Shown: positions 1-10,686 of the stretch, piece after piece
Numbering within the stretch: position 1 is the first letter of the stretch
Layout of the letters: each line of letters begins with the position of its first letter
Source of the DNA: Paraphysomonas bandaiensis
Taxonomy: Eukaryota > Protista > Chrysophyceae
Assembly (NCBI GenBank): GCA_965644295.1
Contig: CBFFRP010000031.1
Coordinates: 1 to 19,147, forward strand
Direction of reading: 5' to 3'
Length of the DNA: 19,147 nt
Notes under the pieces: model-generated
Databases searched by the model: none
Told to the model about the DNA's origin: nothing
What the model saw: only the letters and a program-made list of their open reading frames with translations
Made by a program: the position numbers and the translations under genes

Positions 1-153
1 TAAAACTATTTTGTTTATTGTTTGTTGCGTGTGTGTATTCAACTATTTATTAACCTTCATCCGTTTTTTCTTTTTGACATCTTTCATGGCCTTTTTAAAA
101 TTATCTCTTTAAACCATTTTGCTTTTTAATAATTTTTTAATTGGTAATAACGT

Positions 154-424
154 AAAAATTATTTTGATAAATTATTTTGATAAATTATTTTGAATAGAAT
201 AAATTATTTTGAAAAAATATTTTGAATAGAATAAATTATTTTGAAAAAATATTTTGAAAAGAATAAAATATTTTGAATAGAATAAATTATTTTGAAAAAT
301 TATTTTGAATAGAATAAATTATTTTGAAAAAATATTTTGAATAGAATAAATATTTTTGATAAATTATTTTGAAAAAATATTTTGAATAGAATAAATTATT
401 TTGAAAAAATATTTTGAATAGAAA
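154..424. repeat. AT-rich modular minisatellite (13- and 19-bp units)
   Basis: Core AAATTATTTTG/AAATATTTTG repeated with spacers AT, AA(A) or AATAGAAT; frequent 32-bp (19+13) higher-order unit. Confidence 0.92.
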
Positions 425-616
425 CTGGCATTATGGCACTGGATTTTTATAACATAACCATCACTGTTACAACACCACCATCATCATCACGATCATCATC
501 ACTGTTACAACACCACCATCATCATCATCATCATCACGATCATCATCACTGTTACAACACCACCATCATCATCACCACCACAACTGGCATTATGGCACTG
601 GCTTTTTATAACATAA
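423..616. repeat. 35-bp direct repeats enclosing a CAT/CAC-rich tandem repeat
   Basis: AACTGGCATTATGGCACTGG(A/C)TTTTTATAACATAA at 423-457 and 582-616; three CATCACTGTTACAACACCACCATCATCATC units between them. Confidence 0.9.
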
Positions 617-660
617 ACTATATAATAAATTTTATTTTATAACTTTTTCTAATTTTCATA

Positions 661-692
661 AAAGCCAAAATGCCAGAAAGCCAAAATGCCAA
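661..692. repeat. Two 16-bp tandem units
   Basis: AAAGCCAAAATGCCAG AAAGCCAAAATGCCAA; reverse complement resembles CTGGCATTATGGC at 425 and 584. Confidence 0.75.
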
Positions 693-950
693 AACTATAT
701 TTTTATTTTATTATAAGATAATTATTTAATATTATATAAAGTAATTAATTTTTATTTAAAGTATAGTATTATTAATATTATTATATAAGATAATTATTAT
801 ATTTAAAGATAGAGTGGAAAGGAAGAAAGATAGAGTGAAAAGGAAAGAGTAATAAAACGAAGTTTTATTACGATACGAGAGCCTTTCTGGCTCAGGAAGA
901 ATGCCTAAGCGGCTTAGAGCGACCCCTCGGCCCTCCGCCTCTCTGTGTGT

Positions 951-1297
951 GTCGGATTGATTTAATTCCTCTAGAATTAGGGGTCGATATGGTCAGCCAT
1001 GTGTGGAGTCCAGATGTAGGTGCGACCCCCGTTAGCCATTATATATGTCTTCCGGAACCCTGAGCCTCGCGTGCAAAGGCTTTCTGGAAGTCCCGAGAGG
1101 TGCAGAGTTTTAGCGTGTCCGGTGAGTTTGGCCAGTTCAGTGGCCGCCAGTACTCGAAGGATGGCAGTGTCTGTGCCATGTCGCCACCGGTAGCCATGTT
1201 GCGCCGGGTGTAGGACATCGTGGTCTTCCCAGATTTGGAGAAGGCGGTGCGTGATGATGCGCGTCATCAGTTTGCTTAGAACCTCTAGTAATCCGAT
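951..1297 (-). pseudogene. Non-LTR retrotransposon (LINE) reverse transcriptase fragment
   Basis: From 1297: IGLLEVLSKLMTRIITHRLL...LHPAQHGYRWRHGTDTAI, matching the (RP)IxLL...K and QxGF/YR motifs of non-LTR RTs. Confidence 0.85.
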
Positions 1298-1299
1298 TA

Positions 1300-1574
1300 T
1301 TGTCAGTTAATCTGAAAAGTGTGGTTCATATGACCGTTCATCCGACAGTGCATGAAAAGCGCCAAAAATGAATGGTTCACATGACAGTTCATCCAACAGA
1401 GCTATGAAAATATTTTTTACGGCGTCTGTTCATGTGGCAGTGCATGTGGCAGTTCAGATATTTTTTGCTCAGTGCATATCGTCAGACGGTTCACTGTCGG
1501 ATCAACGAACAATTAACTGTCATATGAACTGCCATATATAGACTTTCATATGAACTGCCTCCATTTCACTAGTG
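1300..1574. mobile_element. CACTA/EnSpm-like DNA transposon terminus with subterminal repeats
   Basis: Ends in TTTCACTAGTG (1564-1574; CACTAGTGAAA on the minus strand), preceded by many GTTCAY/ATGRCAG motifs in both orientations, e.g. ATCCGACAGTG 1340-1350 vs CACTGTCGGAT 1492-1502. Only one end seen. Confidence 0.6.
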
Positions 1575-1751
1575 TAGTGCATATGCTTACTATAAGACTT
1601 ATGTCTAGTTCTAGAAATATACTTGCTGATATTAGGAGCAGTTAGTTATGAGAGAACGAACTGTAAATGCTGTAAATACTCCTAAATTTCCCAAAATATC
1701 GTAAAATTCCCACGTTTGCATATATAATATAGAATACTGGAGTCTACAATA

Positions 1752-2260
1752 ATAACAAAACTTTTGCATACCCAGATTCTAGCATATATCTCAAACTTGG
1801 CACCTCATATATCCTTTCACTGTTTGACACGGTAATCTGTGTGTGTTACATATATATAGCTCTTGTTCCCAGAAAGATGTCCAGAATCCATTAGAGGCTG
1901 CTTAATTCTTTAATAGCCCGCCATGGTCGTTCTTGAAATGGAATATCCTCGGGGGTGTTGGGAGAATTGAATGTCCAGGTGACTCCGATGGATTGAAGGT
2001 AATTCAGTACTTCTAACACTACTTATTAGTAGTTCCTTTCCGCCGTCGGCGTGGTAATGCTTCAATGTTTTACCTGTACACCGCAAGTACGTAACGACAC
2101 GCTGGATGGAACTGATAACAAAACCTTCGTCTACTGTTTTTCCATATATATACAGGCAGGTATCATATTTATGCCTTGACCCGACATCTACAAGCAACTT
2201 CCAAAGTACAGAAATTGCATCTTATTATCAACAATCAATATATACATATGATTCCCAGGC
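1752..2260 (-). pseudogene. Ty1/copia integrase fragment
   Basis: DVGSRHK...LKHYHADGGKEL, then homology to 12255-12480 (TGTTTGACACGGTAA, CCCAGAAA) and ARIWVCKSFV (RxxGCxAYV-like) near 1752-1783. Confidence 0.8.
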
Positions 2261-3883
2261 CAGAGGAAGGCCTCCAGGAATGACCTTCATCCATACACAT
2301 CACTAATAGCTCAGCCTGATCACAACTGATTCATCATCAATGCATAAGGGAAGATACATTCAGTATTCTCATTGTAGTTGAAGCCTTGTATACGTACTTC
2401 CAAGTACAGTTCAATAAACAATACGTACCTAATGAAATACATAAGTACAACTGTATTACTGGATAATCTGGCAATACACGTCTATCAGCGTGGATATCAA
2501 ACCCGGAATTCTCCAGTAAACTTCTCCAGCCTTAAGCATTAATATATATATATAATAAGAACATATACATATAAATCATCAATCATAATATCTTCATCAT
2601 TGAACTTCATAATTGGTAATCCTGTCTTTCTTTGTCTTTTGAATAGATATATAAGTATCAATGATAAGCATGAATTGTCATATTCATAATATATCTTATA
2701 GCTTAATGTGAGATATGGTAATAATAATAATATTCAACCTATGTTGCACATATAGTATGTACAAAGTTAAGCATATACAATAGAGAGCTCATGTAGCATA
2801 AAATAACCAGATATGGCTGGTTATTACACTAGTCTTCATCTAACTACTTCTCTGGTGTTGGTTCTCGACGCCTACTGCTTATAATACGACGTTCACACAC
2901 GAAAAGTTGTTTGTAGTTAGCCAGAAGCTGTAGACATATTTAATTTTTGTATTAAATGTTGAGGTACAATACGCTTCTATGATTGATACCGTAAGAAGGA
3001 CCTTCAGAATAATTTTAGCAGGGCCAGTCAACAATATATTGCCAGCAAAAGTAAAAATAATAATACTTTCAAGGCCAATAATAATGATTAAATATATTTC
3101 AATATGTTCGAATTGGACATTTCACTGAAGTTAACTTTGCTCTACACGTAAACCTTAACCTTGCTCTGTTGAATACAACGCACTTTCAAGTAAGAAATTA
3201 TGATTATTCTGAACACTTCACTACATATTCGTGTAACATATGTTGAAACATCTGTTCTTAGCAACATCTGTTTATCATATGTTCATCAGTCAGTTCTATA
3301 TCTTGTATAGTCACACATCAGTAACTGAATTTAATTCCTTTGTAACTATAATCACCCGTTACACCTATGAGTTGACTTTACGTATTGCACACTGTTAACT
3401 CACTTCAATTGCACAATATATATCACATCATATTGCAGAACTCAACACTCCAACTCAATTGGATGTAGTTAACCATTCTAAAATTTGTGAAGAACATTGC
3501 TATTGGATACGCAACCACCGAGCCTCACAACTACGAAAAAGATCTTCAAGAAAAAGCAAGGACTTCCTTGTTCTACGCTATATACCCATATATGGGATTT
3601 ACCCCTCTTCCATTTACCTTTCAAGATTTAGCAGCACCTCTTTTTGGGTAATTAGGAAAAAAACGCTACATTTCCTTTCTACCCAAAAAGTTTTGGACAC
3701 AACCTTAGTTAAATTGTGATTATTCTCGCTACATATTCTGACTCTTACACGCATATTGCCAATCATGAGCACTACTCACGACTGAAGTTTTATTATTGAA
3801 TGCCTGCGACCAACATTACACCTAGCGCAACACTAATCATAACATGACTCCAATGTCTTCCCTCTATAGTGTGTAAAATACAA

Positions 3884-4969
3884 CTACCTTGCACACTTCT
3901 TCCTAGTGACTAGCGCTAGACTAGCACCTTCCCCGTTTGGATGAAAACCTCTACTAAGCAAGAATATATTAAAGATCTGATTCTTACATATGTCTGGGAT
4001 TCTTTCGGTGGTGAGGATCGTTTGCTTCCTCATCGGGTTGGCAGGCCTGCGTTGAGAGCGAGGTCTCGTGGAGGGCGCGGCTCTAGGAGTGGCTTGGAGG
4101 ATTGTCGGGTTGGTAATAGAGTGTGTACGGTGTGGTTGTGAGCTGGCAGGAGTCGAAGGTGGCGTCGTCGATGTTGTCGCGTCGATGTTGTGATATCTGC
4201 GGCCTCTGTTTTTGAGCATGTTTATCCCTCCATTGTAGAGAGGGAGCAGAATCTTGGTGACGGATTTTTCGAGCTTGTGGAATTGGTGTTCGAGTAGTGA
4301 GGTGGAAATGTTGCTGGCGAAAGCGTTTGCCAGTTGTGAAGCAGTGAGCTGTCCGGTCCAGTATCTCTCAACTTGGGGTGTGGTAGAATCCCATGCATCT
4401 CTCGCCAGTCTAGTTAGGACGTTATGGAGCCAGGGGAGTTTGTCAAGTTGAGTTTATTATGGAAGGCGTGTTCACGTATTTGGGCGATCTCAGGTTGTGC
4501 GCATTGTAGAAGCATGTGCGCCACGTGGTCTGAAGTGTGGTCGCAATCTGTACATATAGCTGCTGTTGTGACCCTTGGCTCGATTTCTGCATATCGCGTA
4601 GAGGATTTGTCCCAGACATGGCATTTGGGGGAATTATTGGTCTTGGTGCCGCTGCGTGTCCTGTACAGCGAGCCCCCATTCGATCAGGCTAGTGATGTAA
4701 AAGTCAATGTTAGGGTGGTTGTGGTCGCGACGTTGTAAGATGGACATAGCGCCTCGCTTGGGTCCCCCCCAAAGGTGATGGCCCTTTGCAGTGTGTGCCA
4801 CTTTTGGGTCTGGGTACAGGTGGAGTACTTGCGCAAGCCAAGTCCTTTGTATTTCGCGGGGAGGTAGATGAGGGCTGTGGGGAATCCTGGGAGTAGACGG
4901 ATTCTATTCCACCATGTGTAACTCCTCTGTGAGTGAGGAAACTAGGGGTGCCTGAGGAAGGAAGGATCC
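3884..4969 (-). mobile_element. LINE ORF2 3' region, frameshifted remnant
   Basis: ALIYLPAKYKGLGL (post-RT LYLP..GGLG-type motif, about 4835-4876); CTDCDHTSDHVAHMLLQC = CX2CX8HX4C knuckle at 4554-4501; then ERYWTG and an open frame running into the 4219-3884 ORF. Same strand and correct order relative to the RT fragment at 5316-4970. Confidence 0.8.
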
Positions 4970-5316
4970 GTCGGATTGATTTAATTCCTCTAGAATTAGG
5001 GGTCGATATGGTCAGCCATGTGTGGAGTCCAGATGTAGGTGCGACCCCCGTTAGCCATTATATATGTCTTCCGGAACCCTGAGCCTCGCGTGCAAAGGCT
5101 TTCTGGAAGTCCCGAGAGGTGCAGAGTTTTAGCGTGTCCGGTGAGTTTGGCCAGTTCAGTGGCCGCCAGTACTCGAAGGATGGCAGTGTCTGTGCCATGT
5201 CGCCACCGGTAGCCATGTTGCGCCGGGTGTAGGACATCGTGGTCTTCCCAGATTTGGAGAAGGCGGTGCGTGATGATGCGCGTCATCAGTTTGCTTAGAA
5301 CCTCTAGTAATCCGAT
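4970..5316 (-). pseudogene. LINE reverse transcriptase fragment (duplicate)
   Basis: Identical to 951-1297. Confidence 0.85.
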
Positions 5317-5318
5317 TA

Positions 5319-5593
5319 TTGTCAGTTAATCTGAAAAGTGTGGTTCATATGACCGTTCATCCGACAGTGCATGAAAAGCGCCAAAAATGAATGGTTCACA
5401 TGACAGTTCATCCAACAGAGCTATGAAAATATTTTTTACGGCGTCTGTTCATGTGGCAGTGCATGTGGCAGTTCAGATATTTTTTGCTCAGTGCATATCG
5501 TCAGACGGTTCACTGTCGGATCAACGAACAATTAACTGTCATATGAACTGCCATATATAGACTTTCATATGAACTGCCTCCATTTCACTAGTG
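5319..5593. mobile_element. CACTA-like terminus (duplicate)
   Basis: Identical to 1300-1574. Confidence 0.6.
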
Positions 5594-5770
5594 TAGTGCA
5601 TATGCTTACTATAAGACTTATGTCTAGTTCTAGAAATATACTTGCTGATATTAGGAGCAGTTAGTTATGAGAGAACGAACTGTAAATGCTGTAAATACTC
5701 CTAAATTTCCCAAAATATCGTAAAATTCCCACGTTTGCATATATAATATAGAATACTGGAGTCTACAATA

Positions 5771-6018
5771 ATAACAAAACTTTTGCATACCCAGATTCTA
5801 GCATATATCTCAAACTTGGCACCTCATATATCCTTTCACTGTTTGACACGGTAATCTGTGTGTGTTACATATATATAGCTCTTGTTCCCAGAAAGATGTC
5901 CAGAATCCATTAGAGGCTGCTTAATTCTTTAATAGCCCGCCATGGTCGTTCTTGAAATGGAATATCCTCGGGGGTGTTGGGAGAATTGAATGTCCAGGTG
6001 ACTCCGATGGATTGAAGG
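5771..6018 (-). pseudogene. Ty1/copia integrase 3' fragment (copy B, separated by the gypsy insertion)
   Basis: Continues 11076 onward across the TSD; identical to 1752-1999. Confidence 0.75.
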
Positions 6019-6404
6019 TGTCACGCATACCTGTAGTTACTGTTATACGTGGAGTTATACGGTGTTATACTGCGGTACTCTAGGTAGCATGCTGTTGTAC
6101 TTTCATTTTCAGTTTATTTAGTATACATTGCGGTTACTGTATTCTTGAAGGGATATAAGTCCCGTATATGTACAAGTATGATACTGTAAACTGTAGATGA
6201 TTCACAGCAAGATAGAGTGTTGTATGATTTCACTTTTTTCTTTACACGTTTTAACGTAATTTAATTCATTCTATACTCGCGGTTTGCTTGTGTTAGGAGG
6301 CAGTTTCACCGGTTTGGTGTTCTGGACAGTGTATTCTCGGTTTGGGAAGCACTTTAAATTAATAAAACGTTGTAAACACGGTCTTTCTCATCAGAAAGAT
6401 TACA
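6019..6404 (+). repeat. 5' LTR (386 bp)
   Basis: TGTCACGC...GATTACA, identical by eye to 10690-11075. Contains three GTTATAC repeats, TATAA at 6154 and AATAAA at 6361. Confidence 0.96.
6150..6163 (+). promoter_or_regulatory. Putative LTR TATA box
   Basis: GGGA-TATAAG-TCCC: TATAA at 6154-6158 flanked by a 4-bp inverted repeat, 20 nt upstream of the segment that pairs with the PBS. Confidence 0.5.
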
Positions 6405-6416
6405 GTATTAATACTT
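6405..6416 (+). promoter_or_regulatory. Primer-binding site, putative self-priming type
   Basis: GTATTAATACTT directly after the 5' LTR; lacks the TGG of tRNA PBSs; complementary to LTR 6174-6184 (AAGTATGATAC) with one G-U pair and one bulge. Confidence 0.6.
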
Positions 6417-6461
6417 TAGTCGGATAGAAAGAAACATTGTTTATTTATATTATTGTCGACT

Positions 6462-7100
6462 ATGAGTTCGGAAGAAGAGGTTTCAAAGATTATGGAGTTC
6501 CTTCAGCAGCGGTTTGCTGAACAAAATGAACAGTTTGCTCAACAAAAGCAGCGGTTTGCTGAACAACAAGAGCAGCTGAACAAGCGTTTTGAGTCCATCG
6601 ATCTTCATTTCGAAATGTTCGAACAAAGATTGCAGCAGTTGGAGTCTCGACGTTCCTCAAGACGAGCGATTCCAGTTAATTCAGATCTACTTCAGAACAG
6701 AACCGATGAGAACTGTATTGTGCAGAATGTTGTCAATGATATGTTGGAATTTGTTGAGCAGCAGGACGTTCAGTCAGAGTCATTCGAGGCTGAGATTTTT
6801 GTTGATAATTCTCAAGTTGTTATGCAGCATGTTGCCATTGATCCTGAAATGGTAATTCCAAATTCCTTTGGAAAAGAGACTACTGCCAATGATGCTACAG
6901 ATGTAATCGAGCGCATGTCAGTCGTACCTTTTTCAGTGTTCAATTATTCGGTGTTTGAATATTCCTTGTTTATGCTGATAAAGCAAGATGCAGCTTGTTA
7001 CGTTTTTCAGTTTCTTACGTTGAACAAGAGTTTGAGTTTATTGCTTTCAAATCTTGTGTTTATTGCGGAGCATGGGCCAGGGCCGCCATCAATTCAGTAA
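6462..7100 (+). CDS. Gag-position ORF of the gypsy element (coiled-coil N-terminus, probably truncated or degenerate)
   Basis: First ATG shortly after the 5' LTR; heptad repeats QRFAEQNE/QFAQQK/QRFAEQQE. No zinc knuckle or capsid motif recognised, so the call is positional. Confidence 0.55.
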   Translation: MSSEEEVSKIMEFLQQRFAEQNEQFAQQKQRFAEQQEQLNKRFESIDLHFEMFEQRLQQLESRRSSRRAIPVNSDLLQNRTDENCIVQNVVNDMLEFVEQQDVQSESFEAEIFVDNSQVVMQHVAIDPEMVIPNSFGKETTANDATDVIERMSVVPFSVFNYSVFEYSLFMLIKQDAACYVFQFLTLNKSLSLLLSNLVFIAEHGPGPPSIQ

Positions 7101-9240
7101 GTTCAATTCCAAATCCAGCAAGTGTCTTTTGTTTCAAAGTTCATCTTATTATTTATGATGATGCAATATTTATCATGGTTTTATTCATTTTATTTCGGAA
7201 TGGATTGAGGTTGTTGTGAGCCTTACCGTTGTGATAGGAGTTACAATATGAGAGTTCTGAGTTTTTGAGAAGTGTGATTCATATTCAATAATGTCTAGTT
7301 AAAATTATGCTCAATAGTCCTGTGTGATATATACTGACTACTACGAGAGAATAATTCGGTTTTAAGTTCAATGTATAAGAATGGGTTTCAGTGAATTTAT
7401 CAAGTTTCAATGAATGACAGTATTGTCTGAGATTGGTAAAAAGTCTGCAAAGAGTTGTTCAATATCAATGGTATGGTTTCAACATCAATGGCAAGCAATT
7501 ATTGTTATAGTTTTGCAAGGGTCATGTATGGTTTGGATAAGTTTTGCAATACTATATGATTCATATACGAAAGTTTAATTTCAGAGGAAGTAAACAGTTT
7601 TTAATGAACGCGATTGCCTCTATGTGAACAGAATGTAAATTTTGATGTTGTAATTTCAGTATGAGGAAAGTATATTTGGAGCAATATGTTTTCAGTGTGC
7701 TTTGCATTTTGTATTAAAGAGAATGAATGGAAACAGGAAGGAGTTGGAGATATTCATTGTCTTGTTGATGCTTATAAAATGGTTACTCAGTTTTTTTTGG
7801 ATCTGCAATGGGATTGAATTTGAATATATGGTATCCATAAATGCAACGAATTAACTTGTCTAAATTCATGGTTAGTTGTTGATTGAAAGTTGTTCGAAAT
7901 TGAAGTTTCTGTTACGTTGAAGTGAATATGGTTCAGTGATACAACATGTCAATGAAATTTTGAAAACTTTGTCGCTGGTATTTTTCAATTGTTTGACTGT
8001 ATTATGCATCGGGTATGAGATCGATGGTTAAGTGTCAATGATATTTGGAGGTATGGTGTTGATAATACTATTGCATGCGAAAGAATTATATATGCTAGTG
8101 ATGGTTAACTTCGAGACTAAAAATGGGAGTTATTACTTTGCGAGCTTGTTGTTATTTCAGTTGATATTTCTATTGTTGGATTCTTTTCAATGAGATTGCG
8201 TTGAGTGGATCATTCTATTGTTTACAATATTATAATGTTGTATCTGAGGGAAATCGTTACGTATGGTTACTGAAATATAAGACCAGTGCACTATGTTCGT
8301 ATATATTCAGAATGAGATGAATGATGTTTTGATTGGGGTGGTTATTGATTGGTCCGGTGATATTTTCATTAATCAAATATTGTTTCGTTCTAAAATCGAG
8401 AGGATGAATTACAATTATTGTACAAAATAAGATATGTCAAAGTAGAGTTTGGTGCACAAATACATGGATGATGGTGGTTGATTACTTTCAGATTCAGTTG
8501 TCAAAATGGGTTGTAAGACACTTACGGTTTCCAGTTGTGTGTGTCTCTTCTTGCAAAAGGGTGGTACGAGAGATTTGAGTTAATATTATGGATTCAAATT
8601 CGGAATAGTGGATTAATTAAGTTTCTTTGTGAACTCGCTTCTATTGTTTATGATGAATGAAATAAGAGTTTTACAACGTTGTTGTAGTATGTCTGGGTAC
8701 AACAAGGTTTAAGCTAAGACTTGCTCAACTTGGCTGTTGCGAGTATTTGGTGGAGTGTTATTCAGTCCTAAGGTTAGTGTCTCTCTGATTCACTTCGGAC
8801 TTGTATTCACGGAAATTCAATTGTGTCTAATGGCGGGTGAAATGAACAAGTGTTAGAGTTGAAGCGTATTTCCTACAATTGAATTGCGTGAAGTTTATGA
8901 TGATCAAATACTTGTGGTTAATGTCATTGAGTGCGGAATCTATTTACATGACCATTAGTGGCTCTACGTAATTCTCATTTGGTTATATACTGGATATATA
9001 AGGCAAAGGTTAATCCTAAATCTTATGAGCATTTGAGAATTCAGTATCTTTTAATTTCACTGTGGTATTCTATTTAACTACAAGTGAATTCTGTGGTTGA
9101 TGCGAGGATGCAATTTGTCATGTTAAGTTTTTCCCGACTGGAACTACAGAGATTGATGTTAAGGCGTTATCCGAGGGCTTATCTTGCTATTGTGTGGATG
9201 GGATTAGTTTTTGAATCTACTGCTATTATTGGTCTTCGTG
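7101..9240 (+). pseudogene. Heavily eroded pol (RT/RNase H/integrase N-terminal remnants)
   Basis: No long ORF. Remnants in the expected order: YMDD at 8461-8472, IYLH at 8938, VVDA/VKFFPT around 9090-9140. Motifs recognised by eye only. Confidence 0.45.
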
Positions 9241-10443
9241 AGTGCTGGGTTCTATGAGGAGTTTCTATTGAAGTGGTTTGAAGTTCGATTTCGAGTGTCA
9301 TTAACTAATCGTCATGAGTCTAATATGGTCGAGCGATCTCATCGAGAGCTGTTGTGATTTCTACAGGGTTTAGTCCACGATGAGAGGTTGCAAGATTCAT
9401 GGGGGGATATTGAGTGTTACATGTTGATTCAGTTCATTTTGAATGATGAAATCAGTAGTGAGACTGGACTCTCTCCTTTTCAATATGTGTTTGGTACCGT
9501 TGATATTCCATATTTTCGTTTGGGTGAACTGACTATGGATGAATCTTCTGCTGCGGGTTATGTGTCTATTTTGAATGAGAACTTACAGAAGATTCGAGCG
9601 GTTGCCATGGATGTTCAGCGCAAGATCCAAGACAAGCGCAAGTCTGCCACGCCTACACATACTTTGAATGAATATCAGCCTGGTGATTTAGTTTTGTTGC
9701 GGCTGGATCCAACTCAGCACAAGCCCAGCAAATTGTACCCTCGTTTCAAAGGTCCTTACGAAGTGGTATCCACGTATAAGGCTGATGTCACATGCATGCA
9801 TGTTGTGATGCGTTTTGAAGTTGTGTTGCACATGTCATGGCTCAAACCGTTCTTTGGTACGCCTGAGCAGGCATATCGTGTTGCGCAAATTGATTTTAAC
9901 CAGTATACCGTGGTTGCTGTGATTGCATACCGAGGAGATCCGGAGGTTCGTTCTCGAATGGAATTCCAAGTTCAGTTTGAGGATGGTTCGTTATTATGGC
10001 TTCCATGGTCACAGGATATTGCTTCCACCTCGCAATTTCAGTCGTTCTGTGAGCAGAAACCTCAATTGTTCCCTCTGTTGTTTTCTGCTGCTATGGCAAA
10101 ATCTGAACGTGCACGTTTGAAACGTATACCTATCGAAGGGGTGTCACCTGGTCAAACAATTTATGTAGATTTGCGTGCATGGGGTTCAGATTTCTATGAT
10201 GAACTTAATCTGCCGAATTGTTATACAACGATGTATGTTGTCGAATGTTCTTATGTGCGGTGGGTTGGCCGTCGCCAGTTACGTATAGACCTCTATTGCC
10301 CTTTGTTTCAATCTACATATGAATGGAGTGCCTATGACGTTCACTGCTATATGGTCGAGTCACGGAATTTGATCCTTCTACTAAGGTATTGGTGGATGCT
10401 GCATTCTGCCAACAATATCCTAATATTCTCCTCTAATTGTTGA
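9241..10443 (+). pseudogene. Gypsy integrase C-terminal half with GPY/F motif, chromodomain and extra C-terminal domain
   Basis: In frame from 9241: LLKWFEVRFRVSLTNRHESNMVERSHRELL*FL (catalytic E region, TGA at 9355), then open 9358-10443 with TGLSPFQYVFG, YQPGDLVLL, KLYPRFKGPYEVV (GPY at 9751) and chromodomain-like YTVVAVIAYRG...MEFQVQFEDGSLLWLPW (about 9904-10050). Probable 2-nt frameshift at 10351. Confidence 0.88.
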
Positions 10444-10672
10444 TTACTTTTATTTATTTATTTAATATCTCATGCTTATATCACATATATATATTATAAC
10501 ATTCATACTATTATTCATACTTATTATCAGAATATTGCTCTACGTATGTTTATTACTTTTATTTCATGAATTGGATATTTATTTGCTAATGCTTGGAATG
10601 ACGCTATATTGGCTGATACAAGTGTTACTTCTATCTATCCTAGATATGTATTCCTATTTCTTTTCTCTAGCT

Positions 10673-10686
10673 GGAGGGAGAAGGGG
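10673..10686 (+). promoter_or_regulatory. Polypurine tract (plus-strand primer)
   Basis: GGAGGGAGAAGGGG, 3 nt upstream of the 3' LTR TG. Confidence 0.88.

Larger units (their letters stand above)
951..2189. repeat. Segmental duplication, copy 1 (1239 bp, contains the empty gypsy site)
   Basis: Matches 4970-6018 (offset 4019) and 11076-11269 (offset 9080) with no mismatch seen; the ORF track gives identical proteins at 977-1267 and 4996-5286. Confidence 0.95.

Noticed and set aside
154-616. CRISPR-like repeat/spacer appearance
   Set aside because: Spacers are tiny or themselves repetitive, there are no cas genes, and the context is eukaryotic with spliceosomal introns.
433-642. 69-aa poly-His ORF
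   Set aside because: Simply the translation of the CAT/CAC microsatellite between two direct repeats.
950-2186. TGTCGG/CCGACA inverted 5-6-mer at the duplication ends, suggesting a TIR element
   Set aside because: Too short, offset from the right breakpoint, no TSD, and CCGAC is part of the copia integrase coding sequence.
3941-4738. Plus-strand ORFs 3941-4141, 4254-4451 and 4424-4738
   Set aside because: Antisense shadows of the minus-strand LINE.
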